A DNA stretch of 64,000 nucleotides from an uncultured Chloroflexia bacterium (GCA_963768655.1 CAVYIM010000003.1:128001-192000), one strand, 5' to 3'. Shown: positions 27,739-42,500, counted from the stretch's first letter. The notes: generated by a model not told the origin, from the letters alone. Numbers and translations: made by a program.

Positions 27739-28893
27739 ATGGCACGCTATCACTACGGCGGCCAGGCGCTGATCGAAGGCGTCCTGATGCGCGGCCGGCT
27801 TGCACTCGCGGTCGCGCTGCGGCACCCCGACGGCTCGATCGTCTGGGCCACCGAACGGCTGGACCTCGGTCTGCGCGCTCGGCGGGCGATGCGCCTGCCG
27901 TTCGTTCGCGGGCTGGTGGTCCTGTACGACACGCTCGTCACCGGGACGCGCTGGCTCGTGCGTTCCGCGACGCTCCAGGCATTGGCCGCTGAGGCGGCGG
28001 ACGCGGCAGCGAAGGGCAGTGGCGGCGCGGCAGCCGGCGCGGCCGGCACCATCCTGCACTCGGTTGTGCGGTTGCCCCTCGTCCCCATCGTTGGCGCCGC
28101 CTCGGACGATCTGAAGGGCGCGAGCTATACCGATCCGGACGCCACGCCGCCGGCGAAGGCGCCCGGGGCCGAAGAGGGCCTGGGCAAGGGCTACGCCGTC
28201 GCGGTCGGGGGCATGCTCGTGTTGGCGCTGGCCTTCGGCGTCGGGATCTTCTTCCTACTCCCCCTCTTCCTGGCTCAGGCGACCGTCGGTCGCGTGGATC
28301 AGGGCTTCGGGCTGCAGCTCTCCGAGGGCCTGATCCGGGTCGTCATCTTCGTCGGCTATCTGCTGCTCGTGGCGCGGGCGCCGGACGTTCGGCGTACGTT
28401 CCAGTACCACGGCGCCGAGCACATGTCGATCCACACCCTCGAAGCCGGGGATCCACTGACCGTCGCGGCGGCCCGCAAGTACCCGACCGCCCATCCGCGC
28501 TGCGGCACGGAGTTCCTGGTCGTCGTCTTGATCATCTCGATCCTGGCGTTCGCAGTCGTCGGCAAACTGCCGCCGGCGTGGCTGGTCGTCTCGCGCGTGC
28601 TCCTGATTCCCGTCATCGCCGCCGTCAGCTACGAGCTGCTGCAGTTCGGGGCGCGCCACCGAGGCCACGCCCTGGTGCGCTGGCTGTGGGCGCCGGGAAT
28701 CTGGGTCCAGATGATCACCACCAAGGCGCCGGTCGACGACATGATCGAGGTCGCTCTCGTCTCGCTCGAGCGCGCCCTCGTCGCGGACGGGAACGAGATC
28801 CCCGAAGGCAGCACCGTCCTCGCGTGCCGGCCGCTGTCCATGGCGGAGGCGACGAGCCCGGAGCCGCCGCGGACGGCGGGAGCGGCCTCGTGA
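27739..28893 (+). CDS. DUF1385 membrane protein
   Basis: YGGQALIEGVLMR, FQYHGAEH, HPRCGT. Confidence 0.88.
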   Translation: MARYHYGGQALIEGVLMRGRLALAVALRHPDGSIVWATERLDLGLRARRAMRLPFVRGLVVLYDTLVTGTRWLVRSATLQALAAEAADAAAKGSGGAAAGAAGTILHSVVRLPLVPIVGAASDDLKGASYTDPDATPPAKAPGAEEGLGKGYAVAVGGMLVLALAFGVGIFFLLPLFLAQATVGRVDQGFGLQLSEGLIRVVIFVGYLLLVARAPDVRRTFQYHGAEHMSIHTLEAGDPLTVAAARKYPTAHPRCGTEFLVVVLIISILAFAVVGKLPPAWLVVSRVLLIPVIAAVSYELLQFGARHRGHALVRWLWAPGIWVQMITTKAPVDDMIEVALVSLERALVADGNEIPEGSTVLACRPLSMAEATSPEPPRTAGAAS

Positions 28894-29972
28894 TCGACTC
28901 CAAGCTCGTCGAGATCGCGGCCCAGTACGACGCCATGAACGCCGAGCTGCTCCTGCCCGAGACGGCGGCCGATCCGGCCGCGCTCAAGCGCCTGGGCAAG
29001 GAGCTGGCCCAGATCGAGCCCGTCGTCACCGCCTGGCGCGAGCTCAGCGAGATCCGCAAGGAGCTCGCCGAGGCGATCGAGATGCGCGATTCGGGCGACG
29101 AGGAGATGCACGACTTGGCCCAGGACGAGGTCCGAAATCTGGAGGCGCGAGAGACGGAGCTGGTCGAGCGGCTCCGCGTGCTGCTGCTCCCGCGCGACCC
29201 CAACGACGAGAAGAGCGTGATCCTGGAAATTCGGGCCGGGACGGGCGGCGACGAGGCCAAGCTCTTCGCCGCGGAGCTGCTTCGGATGTATCTGCGCTAC
29301 GCCGAGCGCCACCGGATGCCGGCGGAGGTCCTGAACGCGGATGAGAACGGCATCGGCGGGATCGGCGAGGCCATCGTCGAAATCTCCTCGCGGGGCGCCT
29401 ACAGCCGGCTCAAGTTCGAGGCCGGCGTCCACCGCGTCCAGCGCATCCCGGTGACGGAGTCGAGCGGCCGCATCCACACCTCGACGGCGACGGTCGCGGT
29501 GATGCCTGAGGCCGAAGAGGTCGACATCGAGATCGACGAGAAGGACATCCGGGTCGACGTCTACCGCTCCACCGGCCACGGCGGGCAGTCGGTCAACACC
29601 ACCGACTCGGCAGTTCGGATCACCCACATGCCGAGCGGCCTCGTCGTCGCCATCCAGGACGAGAAGAGCCAGATCAAGAACAAGGCCAAGGCCATGGCCG
29701 TCCTGCGCAGCCGGCTGCTCGATCGCGAGCGGGCCAAGGCGGCCGCGACGGAGTCGGCGCTGAGGCGGAGCATGGTCGGCTCGGGCGAACGGTCCGAGAA
29801 GGTCCGGACCTACAACTTCCCGCAGGATCGCCTGACCGACCACCGCATCGGGCTCGACCTGCACAACCTGCCCGGGGTCATGGACGGCGACATCGACAGG
29901 CTGATCGACGCCCTGAGCAACACGTACCAGGCCGAGCTGCTCGCGTCGCTGGGCGAAGGGTCGAAGGGATGA
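28890..29972 (+). CDS. prfA: Peptide chain release factor 1
   Basis: PVT motif (RIPVTES), GGQSVNTT, RTYNFPQ. Confidence 0.96.
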   Translation: MIDSKLVEIAAQYDAMNAELLLPETAADPAALKRLGKELAQIEPVVTAWRELSEIRKELAEAIEMRDSGDEEMHDLAQDEVRNLEARETELVERLRVLLLPRDPNDEKSVILEIRAGTGGDEAKLFAAELLRMYLRYAERHRMPAEVLNADENGIGGIGEAIVEISSRGAYSRLKFEAGVHRVQRIPVTESSGRIHTSTATVAVMPEAEEVDIEIDEKDIRVDVYRSTGHGGQSVNTTDSAVRITHMPSGLVVAIQDEKSQIKNKAKAMAVLRSRLLDRERAKAAATESALRRSMVGSGERSEKVRTYNFPQDRLTDHRIGLDLHNLPGVMDGDIDRLIDALSNTYQAELLASLGEGSKG

Positions 29973-30041
29973 CGCGCCTGCTGCGGCCACGGCTCGAGTC
30001 GCGGGCACGGCCCGAGTCGCCGCGGTAGCGGCGGGGCCGAA

Positions 30042-31019
30042 ATGGCGACGCTGGGCGAGCTCCTGAATTCGGGCACGGCGCGGCTGCGCGGGGCCGGGTC
30101 GGAGAGCGCGCGCCTGGACGCCGAGCTGTTGCTGGGCTGGGCCGTCGGGGCCGAGCGCACGGCGCTTCTCGCCCATCCGGAGGCGCCGGTCGGGGCGGAT
30201 GCGGCGGCCACGTACGAAGGCGCGATCGTTCGGCGCGAGGCCGGGGAGCCCGTGGCCTACATCCGCGGCCTGAAGGAGTTCTACGGCCTGGCATTCGGCG
30301 TGGATCGGCGGGCCTTGATCCCGCGGCCGGAGACTGAGCTGCTGGTCGCCGAGGCCGAGCGGGAAGTGGCCTGGCGGCTGACGTCGGCGCCGCGGCCGGC
30401 CGGGACGCCCGATGTCCGGGTCGTGGACGTGGGTACGGGCAGCGGTGCGGTCGCGATCGCGCTGGCGACCCTGTTGCGGCGGAGGAGGATGCTGCCCGAG
30501 GTCTCGATCCTCGCGGTCGACTGCGAAGCCGATGCCATCGGCCTGGCGCGGGAGAATGCCGTCGCCCACGCCGTCGCCGACGAGGTCGAATTCCGGGAAG
30601 CCGACCTGCTGCCGGCCGCCGAACCGCCGTTCGATCTCGTCCTGGCCAACTTGCCCTACATTCCGTCGGCCGAGATCGAACGACTGCCGGTGGCCGCCTC
30701 GTTCGAGCCCCGGACGGCTCTCGACGGCGGGCCCGACGGGCTGGCGGTCATTCGACGTCTGCTGGCTGCGCTGCCTGCGGCGCTTGCCGCCACCGGCACC
30801 GCGCTGGTGGAGATCGGCTTCGACCAGGGGCTGGCTGTCGAGCACGCGGTCGCGGGGTTGCCGGGAGTCTGGACCTGTCGGATCCAGGCGGACCTTTCGG
30901 GACGACCTCGCCTGGCCAGCATCGAGCGGTCCGCCGTCCAATCGACCGCCGTTGACGCGGCCGGCGCGCGTTCGGCCGGTCCCGGCCCGACCGACCCGGG
31001 CCGTAGAGGAGCCCGCTGA
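30042..31019 (+). CDS. prmC: Release factor glutamine methyltransferase
   Basis: LIPRPETE, DVGTGSG, ANLPY. Confidence 0.93.
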   Translation: MATLGELLNSGTARLRGAGSESARLDAELLLGWAVGAERTALLAHPEAPVGADAAATYEGAIVRREAGEPVAYIRGLKEFYGLAFGVDRRALIPRPETELLVAEAEREVAWRLTSAPRPAGTPDVRVVDVGTGSGAVAIALATLLRRRRMLPEVSILAVDCEADAIGLARENAVAHAVADEVEFREADLLPAAEPPFDLVLANLPYIPSAEIERLPVAASFEPRTALDGGPDGLAVIRRLLAALPAALAATGTALVEIGFDQGLAVEHAVAGLPGVWTCRIQADLSGRPRLASIERSAVQSTAVDAAGARSAGPGPTDPGRRGAR

Positions 31020-31909
31020 TGCCCGAGTCCGCCCTGCCGATCCGCCTGATCGCCCTCGACATCGACGGCACACTCGTCGACGCGGATCTCGTCATCGGCG
31101 AACGCACTCTCGGCGCGATCGGCGAAGCGATGCGACGGGGCATCGCCGTCGCGCTCGTGACGGGCCGGATGGCCACCAGCGCCATGCCGTTCGCCGAGGC
31201 GCTCGGCCTCACCGGCCCCCTCGTGGCCCAGCAGGGCGCGCTGATTCGGGCCATGCCCGCGCCGGGCTCACGCGGCCTGGGCCGGCTGCTGCATCATCGC
31301 CCGCTCCGCCCCGAGGTCACGATGGAGATCGTGCGCTGGTGCTGCGAACGGGGCCTGGCGCCGCACTTCAATCACCTCGAATGGATGGTCGTCGCTTCGA
31401 ACGAGGAGCGCCTCGAGGAATACCGGCTCTTCGTGGGTGATCGGCTGCGCGTCGTGCCGGACATCATGGCCCGCGCTGCCCACCCGGTCACCAAGGTCGT
31501 CGCCATCGGCGAAGGGGAGCACTCGCTGGACGTCTTGGCCGAGGGGCGAGCCCAGTTCGAGGGGCGCGCGGAGGTGACGCTGAGCCATCCTCGCTTCCTG
31601 GAGTTCCTGGCGCCGGGCGTCTCGAAGGGTGCCGCGGTCGGGTGGCTGGCGCGACGCCTGCGCATCCCGCTCTCGCAGGCCATCGCGATCGGCGATCAGT
31701 ACAACGACCTGGAGATGATCGGCGAGGTCGGTTACGGGGTGGCGATGCCGAGCGCTCCGGCGGCCGTCCAGGCCGCGGCGCGGTTCGTGGCGCCGCCGGT
31801 CGCGAACGAAGGGGCGGCGCAGATGATCGAGCGGATCGCCCTGGACGGGTGGCGGGTGCCGATCGACGCCTCCCGGACGCGCCGCGTCGTCGAGGTGGAG
31901 CGGCGGTGA
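31019..31909 (+). CDS. Cof-type HAD-IIB phosphatase
   Basis: DIDGT, VTGR, SKG, GDQYND. Confidence 0.9.
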   Translation: MPESALPIRLIALDIDGTLVDADLVIGERTLGAIGEAMRRGIAVALVTGRMATSAMPFAEALGLTGPLVAQQGALIRAMPAPGSRGLGRLLHHRPLRPEVTMEIVRWCCERGLAPHFNHLEWMVVASNEERLEEYRLFVGDRLRVVPDIMARAAHPVTKVVAIGEGEHSLDVLAEGRAQFEGRAEVTLSHPRFLEFLAPGVSKGAAVGWLARRLRIPLSQAIAIGDQYNDLEMIGEVGYGVAMPSAPAAVQAAARFVAPPVANEGAAQMIERIALDGWRVPIDASRTRRVVEVERR

Positions 31910-32556
31910 CGGCGAGGCTGCTTCCCGACGATGGGGCCGGGCGTGCGGCCGCGATCGAGGTGCTGCGGACCGGAGGCCTGGTCGCCATGCCGACCGACAC
32001 GGTCTACGGCGTCGGCGTCTCGCTCGCGACGCCGGACGGCCTGCCGCGACTCTTCGCTGCCAAGGATCGTCCACTCGACCGGGCCGTCGTCCTGCTGGTG
32101 GCCGATGTCGATCAGGCGGCTTCGGTGGGCGTTCTCTCGCCGGCCGCTCGAGCGCTGGCCGAACGGTTCTGGCCAGGAGGCCTGACGCTCGTCCTGCCGC
32201 AAGCTCTCGGCGCCGGGCTGCCTTCGGCCCTCACGGCCGGCGCTTCGACCATTGGCGTTCGGATCCCCGACCACGAATCTCCCCGCACCCTGGCGCGTGC
32301 CCTCGGCCCGCTGCCGGTCACCTCGGCCAACCTGTCCGGCCATCTCGAGGCCCACGACGCTGCCGGAGTTTTCGCCGAGTTGGGAACCCGCATCGACCTG
32401 ATCCTCGACGGCGGCAGCGCCCGCGGCGGCGTCGCCTCGACGATCGTGGACTGCTCGGGTGACACGCTGCGGATCCTTCGGGTTGGCGCGATTGCCCCGG
32501 CCGTTCTGGTCGAGACGCTCACGGCCGCAGGCTTATCTCACGAATTCGAGCCGTGA
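31906..32556 (+). CDS. tsaC: Threonylcarbamoyl-AMP synthase (TsaC/YrdC-type)
   Basis: PTDTVYG, KDRP, FWPGGLT, TSANLSG, STIVD. Confidence 0.92.
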   Translation: MTARLLPDDGAGRAAAIEVLRTGGLVAMPTDTVYGVGVSLATPDGLPRLFAAKDRPLDRAVVLLVADVDQAASVGVLSPAARALAERFWPGGLTLVLPQALGAGLPSALTAGASTIGVRIPDHESPRTLARALGPLPVTSANLSGHLEAHDAAGVFAELGTRIDLILDGGSARGGVASTIVDCSGDTLRILRVGAIAPAVLVETLTAAGLSHEFEP

Positions 32557-32688
32557 TGGAAACGCCGGCGGCTGCCGAAGCGAGCCGCCGGCGCTGACCG
32601 GGGTCGGGAGGACGCCCGTGAGTTGGTGCGGAGTGGAAGGATTCCCTGACTGCGCCGGCCCTGGGAAGGGCGCGGTGTGTCGGCTGCT

Positions 32689-33477
32689 CTAGCTACCGGC
32701 GTAGGTTCCGGCGTGCGACTCCGTGGAGCCGGGCGTGGTGTCACCGGAGCATTCGTGCGCCGGGGCGAGAATGGGCAGCAGTGGCGTGCCGTTGTCGACG
32801 TCCGGAAGAACCGCGAGCGGTTGAGGGCTGCCAATGGGGCCTGGATTTGAGCCGCTGCTGGTGACGGTCGTGACATCGATGGAACACGGGTCTGACTTAC
32901 CGCCGCCTGGCGCTTTGGGCGTGCCGCTGGTCGCTTCCGGAAGCAGTTGCACCGGCTCAGGAGTGCCGGCAGCAGGGCCGGGGTTGAAAGGGCCCAGAAT
33001 GGTGCCGGGATTGGAGTCGATGTTGGTTCCGGCGTTGGTTCCGGCGCCGGTTCCTGCGTTACCGGCGTTGGTGCCTGTGCTCGGGCCCGACGGAGTGAAG
33101 CCGGGCGTGGTGTCACCGGAGCATTCGTGCGCCGGGGCGAGAATGGGCAGCAGTGGCGTGCCGTTGTCGACGTCCGGAAGAACCGCGAGCGGTTGAGGGC
33201 TGCCAATGGGGCCTGGATTTGAGCCGCTGCTGGTGACGGTCGTGACGGAACAGGGGTCAGACTGACTGCCGCTGGCTGCCTTGGACGTGCCGCTGGTCAA
33301 CGAGGCCAGTTCGGCTTGAGCGGCGGTCCTCGCGCCTCCAACGGGGTAGCCCTGAGGCTCCCGCGATGCGGCGACCGCGCCGGCTGTCCAAACGACGAGG
33401 GACGCGACAACGGCCGCGAGAATGATGGCGCCGACTGCCGGTCGTCGGAAGCGCTGCAGGTTGTCTAGCGAGTTCAT
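32689..33477 (-). CDS. Putative secreted protein with an internal duplication
   Basis: GGAGG RBS, signal-peptide-like N-terminus (RFRR + hydrophobic + AVA), two identical ~49-aa Pro/Gly/Ser/Thr-rich units. Confidence 0.7.
   Translation of the reverse strand: MNSLDNLQRFRRPAVGAIILAAVVASLVVWTAGAVAASREPQGYPVGGARTAAQAELASLTSGTSKAASGSQSDPCSVTTVTSSGSNPGPIGSPQPLAVLPDVDNGTPLLPILAPAHECSGDTTPGFTPSGPSTGTNAGNAGTGAGTNAGTNIDSNPGTILGPFNPGPAAGTPEPVQLLPEATSGTPKAPGGGKSDPCSIDVTTVTSSGSNPGPIGSPQPLAVLPDVDNGTPLLPILAPAHECSGDTTPGSTESHAGTYAGS
32727..33246. repeat. 148-bp perfect direct repeat (32727-32874 and 33099-33246)
   Basis: Base-by-base comparison shows identical copies inside the secreted-protein ORF. Confidence 0.92.
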
Positions 33478-33531
33478 CGAAACCCTCCGTGAAGTGTGTA
33501 GGTGGATGTGGTGTCATGCATGCGCCCGTTT

Positions 33532-33557
33532 GACGCCAGCCACTCCGCTTGGGTTCC
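33532..33557 (-). promoter_or_regulatory. Putative ECF-sigma promoter
   Basis: GGAACC-N16-CGTC(AAA) ~55 nt upstream of the ATG at 33477. Confidence 0.5.
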
Positions 33558-33800
33558 GCCAGCCGATTGAGCCCATCCGGCGGCGCCCGCCGTCGAGGTT
33601 CGGCCCGGGCGGCGGGGTCAAGATGTCGCGGCCCCAGATCGCAGTGGGTCCACCCCTGACGGACGCCGCCACGCCCGATCGGCGACAATAGGCCCGACGC
33701 CGGCCGCGGAGGCAAAGAGGAAGTCGGCGAGAGTCACGCGGCGGCGTTGACCCGATGGCGGCGGCGCGGAACGTCCGACCCGGAGCAGTAAGGAGCAACC

Positions 33801-35081
33801 ATGACGATCGCACGTCGAGAGGGGATCGCCTGGGCCCGGCTGGCCGACGTCGACCCCGAGCTGTGGGCGGCCATTCGCGGCGAGACCGATCGTCAGCGCT
33901 GGAAGATCGAGCTGATTGCCAGCGAGAACTACACCTTCGCGGCCGTGATGGAAGCTCAGGGCTCGCCGCTCACTAACAAGTACGCCGAGGGCCTCCCGGG
34001 CAAGCGCCATTACGGCGGCTGTGAGTTCGTCGACGTCGCCGAGCGCCTGGCCCAGGACCGTGCCCTGGCCCTCTTCCCCGGCGCGGAGCACGTCAACGTG
34101 CAGCCTCATTCCGGCGCCCAGGCCAACATGGCGGCATACCTCAGCGTCCTTCAGATCGGTGACCGGATCCTGGGCATGAACCTGGCCCATGGCGGGCACC
34201 TGACCCACGGCTCACCGGCCAACTTCAGCGGCAAGTGGTTCGAGGTCCACGCCTACGGCGTCGATCCGGTGACCGAGCAGATCGACTACGAGGCCCTGAA
34301 GAAACAGGCGGCCGAAGTCCGGCCCAAGCTGATCGTCGCCGGCGCCAGCGCCTACCCTCGAACCATCGACTTCGAGCGCATGGCGGCGATCGCCCACGGC
34401 GTCGACGCGCTGCTGATGGTCGACATGGCCCATATCGCCGGACTCATCGCGGCCGGCCTCCACCCGACGCCGTTCGGCCACGCGGACATCGTGACGACCA
34501 CAACTCACAAGACTCTCCGCGGCCCGCGCGGCGGCCTCATCTTCTGCCGCGAGGACCTGGGCAAGGCCGTCGATAGAAGCGTCTTCCCGGGTGTCCAGGG
34601 CGGCCCGCTGATGCACGTCATCGCCGCCAAGGCCGTCGCCCTCAAGCTCGCCGCCACGGACGAGTTTCGCGAAGATCAGCGCCAGACGATCGCCAATGCC
34701 AAGCTCCTGGCGGCTACTCTCACCGAGAAAGGCGCGCGCGTAGTCTCCGGCGGGACGGACAACCACCTCATGCTGGTCGACGTCACGCCGCTCGGCGTGA
34801 ACGGCAAGGAAGCCGAGCACCTCCTCGACGAGATCGGCATCACCGTCAACCGGAACTCCATCCCGTTCGACAAGAATCCACTCACGGTTGGCTCCGGCAT
34901 CCGCGTCGGCACGCCGGCCACCACCAGCCGCGGCTTCCGCGCGCCGGAGATGCGGCAGATCGGCGAGATCATCATCACCGCCATCGTCGCTCGGGACGAT
35001 CCGTCCGAGCAGGCCAAGCTTTCGGCCTTGGTCCATGACATGTGCGCCCGCTTCCCGGTACCTGGCCTGGCCGACGGCTGA
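33801..35081 (+). CDS. glyA: Serine hydroxymethyltransferase
   Basis: [26 protein letters not shown]. Confidence 0.97.
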   Translation: MTIARREGIAWARLADVDPELWAAIRGETDRQRWKIELIASENYTFAAVMEAQGSPLTNKYAEGLPGKRHYGGCEFVDVAERLAQDRALALFPGAEHVNVQPHSGAQANMAAYLSVLQIGDRILGMNLAHGGHLTHGSPANFSGKWFEVHAYGVDPVTEQIDYEALKKQAAEVRPKLIVAGASAYPRTIDFERMAAIAHGVDALLMVDMAHIAGLIAAGLHPTPFGHADIVTTTTHKTLRGPRGGLIFCREDLGKAVDRSVFPGVQGGPLMHVIAAKAVALKLAATDEFREDQRQTIANAKLLAATLTEKGARVVSGGTDNHLMLVDVTPLGVNGKEAEHLLDEIGITVNRNSIPFDKNPLTVGSGIRVGTPATTSRGFRAPEMRQIGEIIITAIVARDDPSEQAKLSALVHDMCARFPVPGLADG

Positions 35082-35204
35082 GCCGGATCGCCGCGCCGGC
35101 CGAGACGGCAGGATCGCCGGGTGGCCCTTTTCGGCGGCGCTTTCGGGGGGTAAGCGTTGCCGCAAGTCGGCTGCTACACTCACGGCGCCCTGCCAGGGAG
35201 ACCG

Positions 35205-35441
35205 ATGAACGATGTCGGGAAGGCGTCTGCGTACGTCGCCCTTTTCTCCGAAATCGCGTTCGTACTGCTGATCGCAGTGCTGGCAGGGGTGCTCGGCGGC
35301 TACTGGCTCGACCAGCGCCTGGGCACCGTCCCAGTCTTCGCGCTCATCGGGTTCGCGCTCGGGTGCATCGGTGGAGCCGTCGCCTGTTGGCGGTTCCTCA
35401 CCCGGTTCCTGGCCCAAATGGATGAAGACGACAAGGAATGA
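35205..35441 (+). CDS. AtpZ/AtpI-family small membrane protein
   Basis: Two TMs with GYWLDQRLGT.P; first gene of the atp operon; extended -10 TGCTACACT at ~35172. Confidence 0.8.
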   Translation: MNDVGKASAYVALFSEIAFVLLIAVLAGVLGGYWLDQRLGTVPVFALIGFALGCIGGAVACWRFLTRFLAQMDEDDKE

Positions 35442-35481
35442 CGCGGCTCCATGGCGGGCCGCAGGCTAACGCGGAGCTAGA

Positions 35482-36564
35482 GTGACAAGCGATCCGGACC
35501 CGGCGCCTGCCATGATCGAGGAGAGCCTGGAACCGGCCACGCCGGCGCAGGCGGCGCCGCCGGCTGCGCCCAGGAAGCGGGCCCACGGGATCCCATTCAA
35601 GTTCTTGATTCCCGCGGTCATCGGCCTCGACATGCTGGCCGTCATCCTGGTGCCGCCTTTCCCCGAAGGCGGAACGCAGGGCCAGGCGTGCGGCTTCCCG
35701 TCGTGCTTCGTCCAGAGCGCGATCGAACTGCCGCCGCCCGCGATCGTGTTCGACCTCTCGCCCTCCACGGCGCCGTCGCCACTGCCCATGATCTACTTCC
35801 ACCCCAGCATCAGTTCCACGATCCTGACGATGTGGATCGTGATGGCGTTCATCCTGCTGCTGGCTTTCGTCGCGACGCGGGGCATGAAGCTGGTTCCGGG
35901 CCGGCTGCAGAACGCCGTCGAGTGGGCTTACGAGTTCGGACGGGACTTCGCGGTGGGGATCGGCGGTGAGGGTGCGGGCCGCTACTATCCGATCTTCGCC
36001 GCCTTTTTCGTGCTGATCCTGGTCTCGAACTGGAGCGGCCTTGTGCCGCCGATCGGCAAGATCCCACAGCTCCGGGCGCCGACCAGCGACGTCAACATAA
36101 CCATCGGCCTGGCGCTCACCTCTTTCGTGCTGTTCCAGGGTGAGGGTTTCCGGCGGCTGGGCGTGCGCGGCTATCTCGGCAAGTTCTTCCCGCTCGGCGA
36201 GTTCCGCCACGGAATCGGCGCGGGCGTGCTGGCGATGTACGTCGGCATCATCGAGCTCTTCCTGGAATTCGTGAAGCCGGTGACGCTGGCCATGCGACTC
36301 TTCGGCAACATCTACGGCGGCGAGGTCGCCCTGGCAGTCATCTCGGCCCTGACCCTGGCGATCATTCCCGTGGCCCTGTATGGGCTCGAGGCGCTCCTGA
36401 ACTTGATCCAGGCCCTCATCTTCTCCGTGCTGACCCTTATGTTCATCCTGATCGCCATCGAGGGCCACGAACCCGAAGAGCATCATCCGGCGGTAGCCGG
36501 CGCAACCGCACCAGACCACCAGGCGCCGGGAGGCGCCGATCAATCTCAGCCCGTGGCGGCCTGA
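35482..36564 (+). CDS. atpB: ATP synthase Fo subunit a
   Basis: PGRLQNAVE, APTSDVN, LAMRLFGNI, IQALIF. Confidence 0.95.
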   Translation: MTSDPDPAPAMIEESLEPATPAQAAPPAAPRKRAHGIPFKFLIPAVIGLDMLAVILVPPFPEGGTQGQACGFPSCFVQSAIELPPPAIVFDLSPSTAPSPLPMIYFHPSISSTILTMWIVMAFILLLAFVATRGMKLVPGRLQNAVEWAYEFGRDFAVGIGGEGAGRYYPIFAAFFVLILVSNWSGLVPPIGKIPQLRAPTSDVNITIGLALTSFVLFQGEGFRRLGVRGYLGKFFPLGEFRHGIGAGVLAMYVGIIELFLEFVKPVTLAMRLFGNIYGGEVALAVISALTLAIIPVALYGLEALLNLIQALIFSVLTLMFILIAIEGHEPEEHHPAVAGATAPDHQAPGGADQSQPVAA

Positions 36565-36617
36565 CCGCCAGCAATGCGACTGCCCGGCCGTCGGTCCGGG
36601 ACAAGGAGGACACCTTC

Positions 36618-36833
36618 ATGCTCGAGCACATCGGAGCCGGACTCGCAGCCATGGGCGTGATCGGCCCCGGCATCGGCATCGGCATCCTGGCCGGCATGTC
36701 CAGCAACGCCATCGGGCGCAACCCGGATGCAGCCGGCCAGATCCGCGGCCTGGCGATCATCCTCGCCGGCTTCGCCGAAGGCCTCGGCGTGCTGGCGATC
36801 GTGGTCGGCCTGCTGACCATCTTCATCAAGTAG
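36618..36833 (+). CDS. atpE: ATP synthase Fo subunit c (H+-type signature)
   Basis: GIGIG, GRNPD, FAEGL; no Q...E-S/T Na+ motif. Confidence 0.95.
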   Translation: MLEHIGAGLAAMGVIGPGIGIGILAGMSSNAIGRNPDAAGQIRGLAIILAGFAEGLGVLAIVVGLLTIFIK

Positions 36834-36857
36834 GGCCGAGGCCACGGAGCGAGTCGA

Positions 36858-37439
36858 GTGAACCCCCTGGCGACAGCCGTCGCGACAGCGGCCGCGACGG
36901 CCGCGGCTTCGACGACGACGGCGCCCGAAGCGCCCGGCCTGTCAATCAACTTCTTCTGGGTGATCGTCGCGGCGCTCAACTTCATCGTGTTCCTGGCCCT
37001 GATCTGGCGCTTCGGGTTCGATCCGATCGCCAACATCCTGGCCCAGCGCAAGACTCGCATCGACCAGGGGCTGGCCGACGCCCAGCAGGCTCGCAAGGAT
37101 CGCGATGGAGCTGCAGCCGATCGCGATCGGGTGATGGCCGATGCGCGGCGCGAGGCTCAGGCGCTCATCGTCGCGGCCCAGAAGTCCGCCGAGGAGCTCC
37201 GGGGAGCGGATATCGCCGCCACTCGCAAAGACCTGGACAGCATGCGTGAGCGGGCTCTAGCCGACATCCAGGCCGAGCGCGACCGCGCCCTCGCCGACCT
37301 TCGCTCCCAGGTCGCCGACCTGGCGCTCCTGGCGGCCGGCAAGGTCGTGGGCGAGACCATGACCGAGGCCCGCCAGCGACGCCTCGTCGAGGAGTTCCTC
37401 GCCGATCGCCCCGTGAACGGCGAGGGACGGACCAACTGA
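36858..37439 (+). CDS. atpF: ATP synthase Fo subunit b
   Basis: Single TM (NFIVFL) followed by a coiled coil. Confidence 0.93.
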   Translation: MNPLATAVATAAATAAASTTTAPEAPGLSINFFWVIVAALNFIVFLALIWRFGFDPIANILAQRKTRIDQGLADAQQARKDRDGAAADRDRVMADARREAQALIVAAQKSAEELRGADIAATRKDLDSMRERALADIQAERDRALADLRSQVADLALLAAGKVVGETMTEARQRRLVEEFLADRPVNGEGRTN

Positions 37440-37981
37440 TGCCGCATTCCGCCCCGGCCCGCCGCTACGCCCAGGCGCTCTTCGAGCTGGCCACGCGCGC
37501 CGGCAAGGTCGACGCCTGGCGGGCCGACATCGGCCTCGCGTGCGGGCTGGCGCAGGACGAGCGAGCAGTCCAGGCGATCGACAGCCCCGCCGTGCCGTTC
37601 CGCCAGCGCCGCAAGATCGTGGAGCAGATCCTGGTGACCCGTGTCTCCAGGCAGGTGCTGAACCTGTCGCTGCTCCTGGCCGAGCGAGGTCGCTTCTCGC
37701 TGATGCCGGCGGTCAGCGACGAGTACGACGATCTGGTTCGCCAGTCGCGCGGCATCGTCGGCGTAACCGTGAGCTCTCCAGGGCCCCTCTCCCAAGCCGA
37801 GCTGGCAATGGTCAAGGACCGAATCGAGCGGCTTGCCGGGGCGCGTGTGGAGATCTCCACCGAGACCAATCCGGCACTCATCGGCGGACTGTGCGTCATG
37901 ATCGGCGACCTCCAGATCGATGCCAGCGTGGCGAACCGCCTGGCGCGGCTTCGCCGCCAGCTGGTCCAGGGAATGAACTAG
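37439..37981 (+). CDS. atpH: ATP synthase F1 delta
   Basis: [21 protein letters not shown]. Confidence 0.93.
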   Translation: MPHSAPARRYAQALFELATRAGKVDAWRADIGLACGLAQDERAVQAIDSPAVPFRQRRKIVEQILVTRVSRQVLNLSLLLAERGRFSLMPAVSDEYDDLVRQSRGIVGVTVSSPGPLSQAELAMVKDRIERLAGARVEISTETNPALIGGLCVMIGDLQIDASVANRLARLRRQLVQGMN

Positions 37982-38026
37982 AGTCGGGCACCGCCACGGC
38001 GGGCCCGCGGGCCGAACGGAGAAGGC

Positions 38027-39559
<1,533 letters not shown>

Positions 39560-39614
39560 GGCGAGGGCGGCGCAACCACAGGCGCAACCACAGTCACATC
39601 ACCGAACCTGGTAG

Positions 39615-41939
<2,325 letters not shown>

Positions 41940-42018
41940 CCGCGCACCTCGTGCTGGTCCGCCTCGGCACCGCGGGTCGACGCCACGGCCCGGCCGTGAC
42001 GAGTGAAGGAATGAAGTA

Positions 42019-42498
42019 GTGCCCCTCCACCTCGAGATCGTCACTCCTGAGAAACGGGCCTTCACCGGCGACGTGGACGAGGTTGTCGTGCCCGGCAGCG
42101 AGGGCGAGCTCGGCATCCTGCCCCACCACGCGCCGTTGATCTCGACCCTCGGTCAGGGCGTGCTGCGCCTCAAGAGCGGCGGGCGGGAGCAGGAGTTCGC
42201 GATCTTCGGCGGCTTCTTGCAAGTCCGGCCGGATCGCGTCGTCGTACTGGCAGAGACGGCCGACATGGACTCCGAGATCGATCTCGAACGCGCCGAGCGC
42301 GCCCGCCGCGAGGCAGAGCGCGTCATCGAAGGCGGCTTCGTGGAGCCGGCCGACCTGGCGGTCGCGCGGGCCGCTCTCCAGCGCGCGCTCATCCGAATCC
42401 GCGTCGCCGAGCGCGGGGAGCGCAGACCGCGAGGGCCGCACGAGGCGGCGCGCCGGCATGCGGAGGCGCATCGCGAGGAACCGCCGGGCGGCGAGTAG
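42019..42498 (+). CDS. atpC: ATP synthase F1 epsilon
   Basis: LEIVTPE, GELGILPHHAPLI. Confidence 0.95.
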   Translation: MPLHLEIVTPEKRAFTGDVDEVVVPGSEGELGILPHHAPLISTLGQGVLRLKSGGREQEFAIFGGFLQVRPDRVVVLAETADMDSEIDLERAERARREAERVIEGGFVEPADLAVARAALQRALIRIRVAERGERRPRGPHEAARRHAEAHREEPPGGE

Positions 42499-42500
42499 CG

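Noticed and set aside
32727-33246. 148-bp repeat as CRISPR or mobile-element ends
   Set aside because: Two in-frame intragenic copies; no spacers, cas or transposase genes.
33560-33800. ZTP or glycine riboswitch upstream of glyA
   Set aside because: Could not find the conserved aptamer motifs by eye.
39569-39592. 12-bp tandem repeat GGCGCAACCACA x2 between atpA and atpG
   Set aside because: Only two copies; likely slippage with no evident function.
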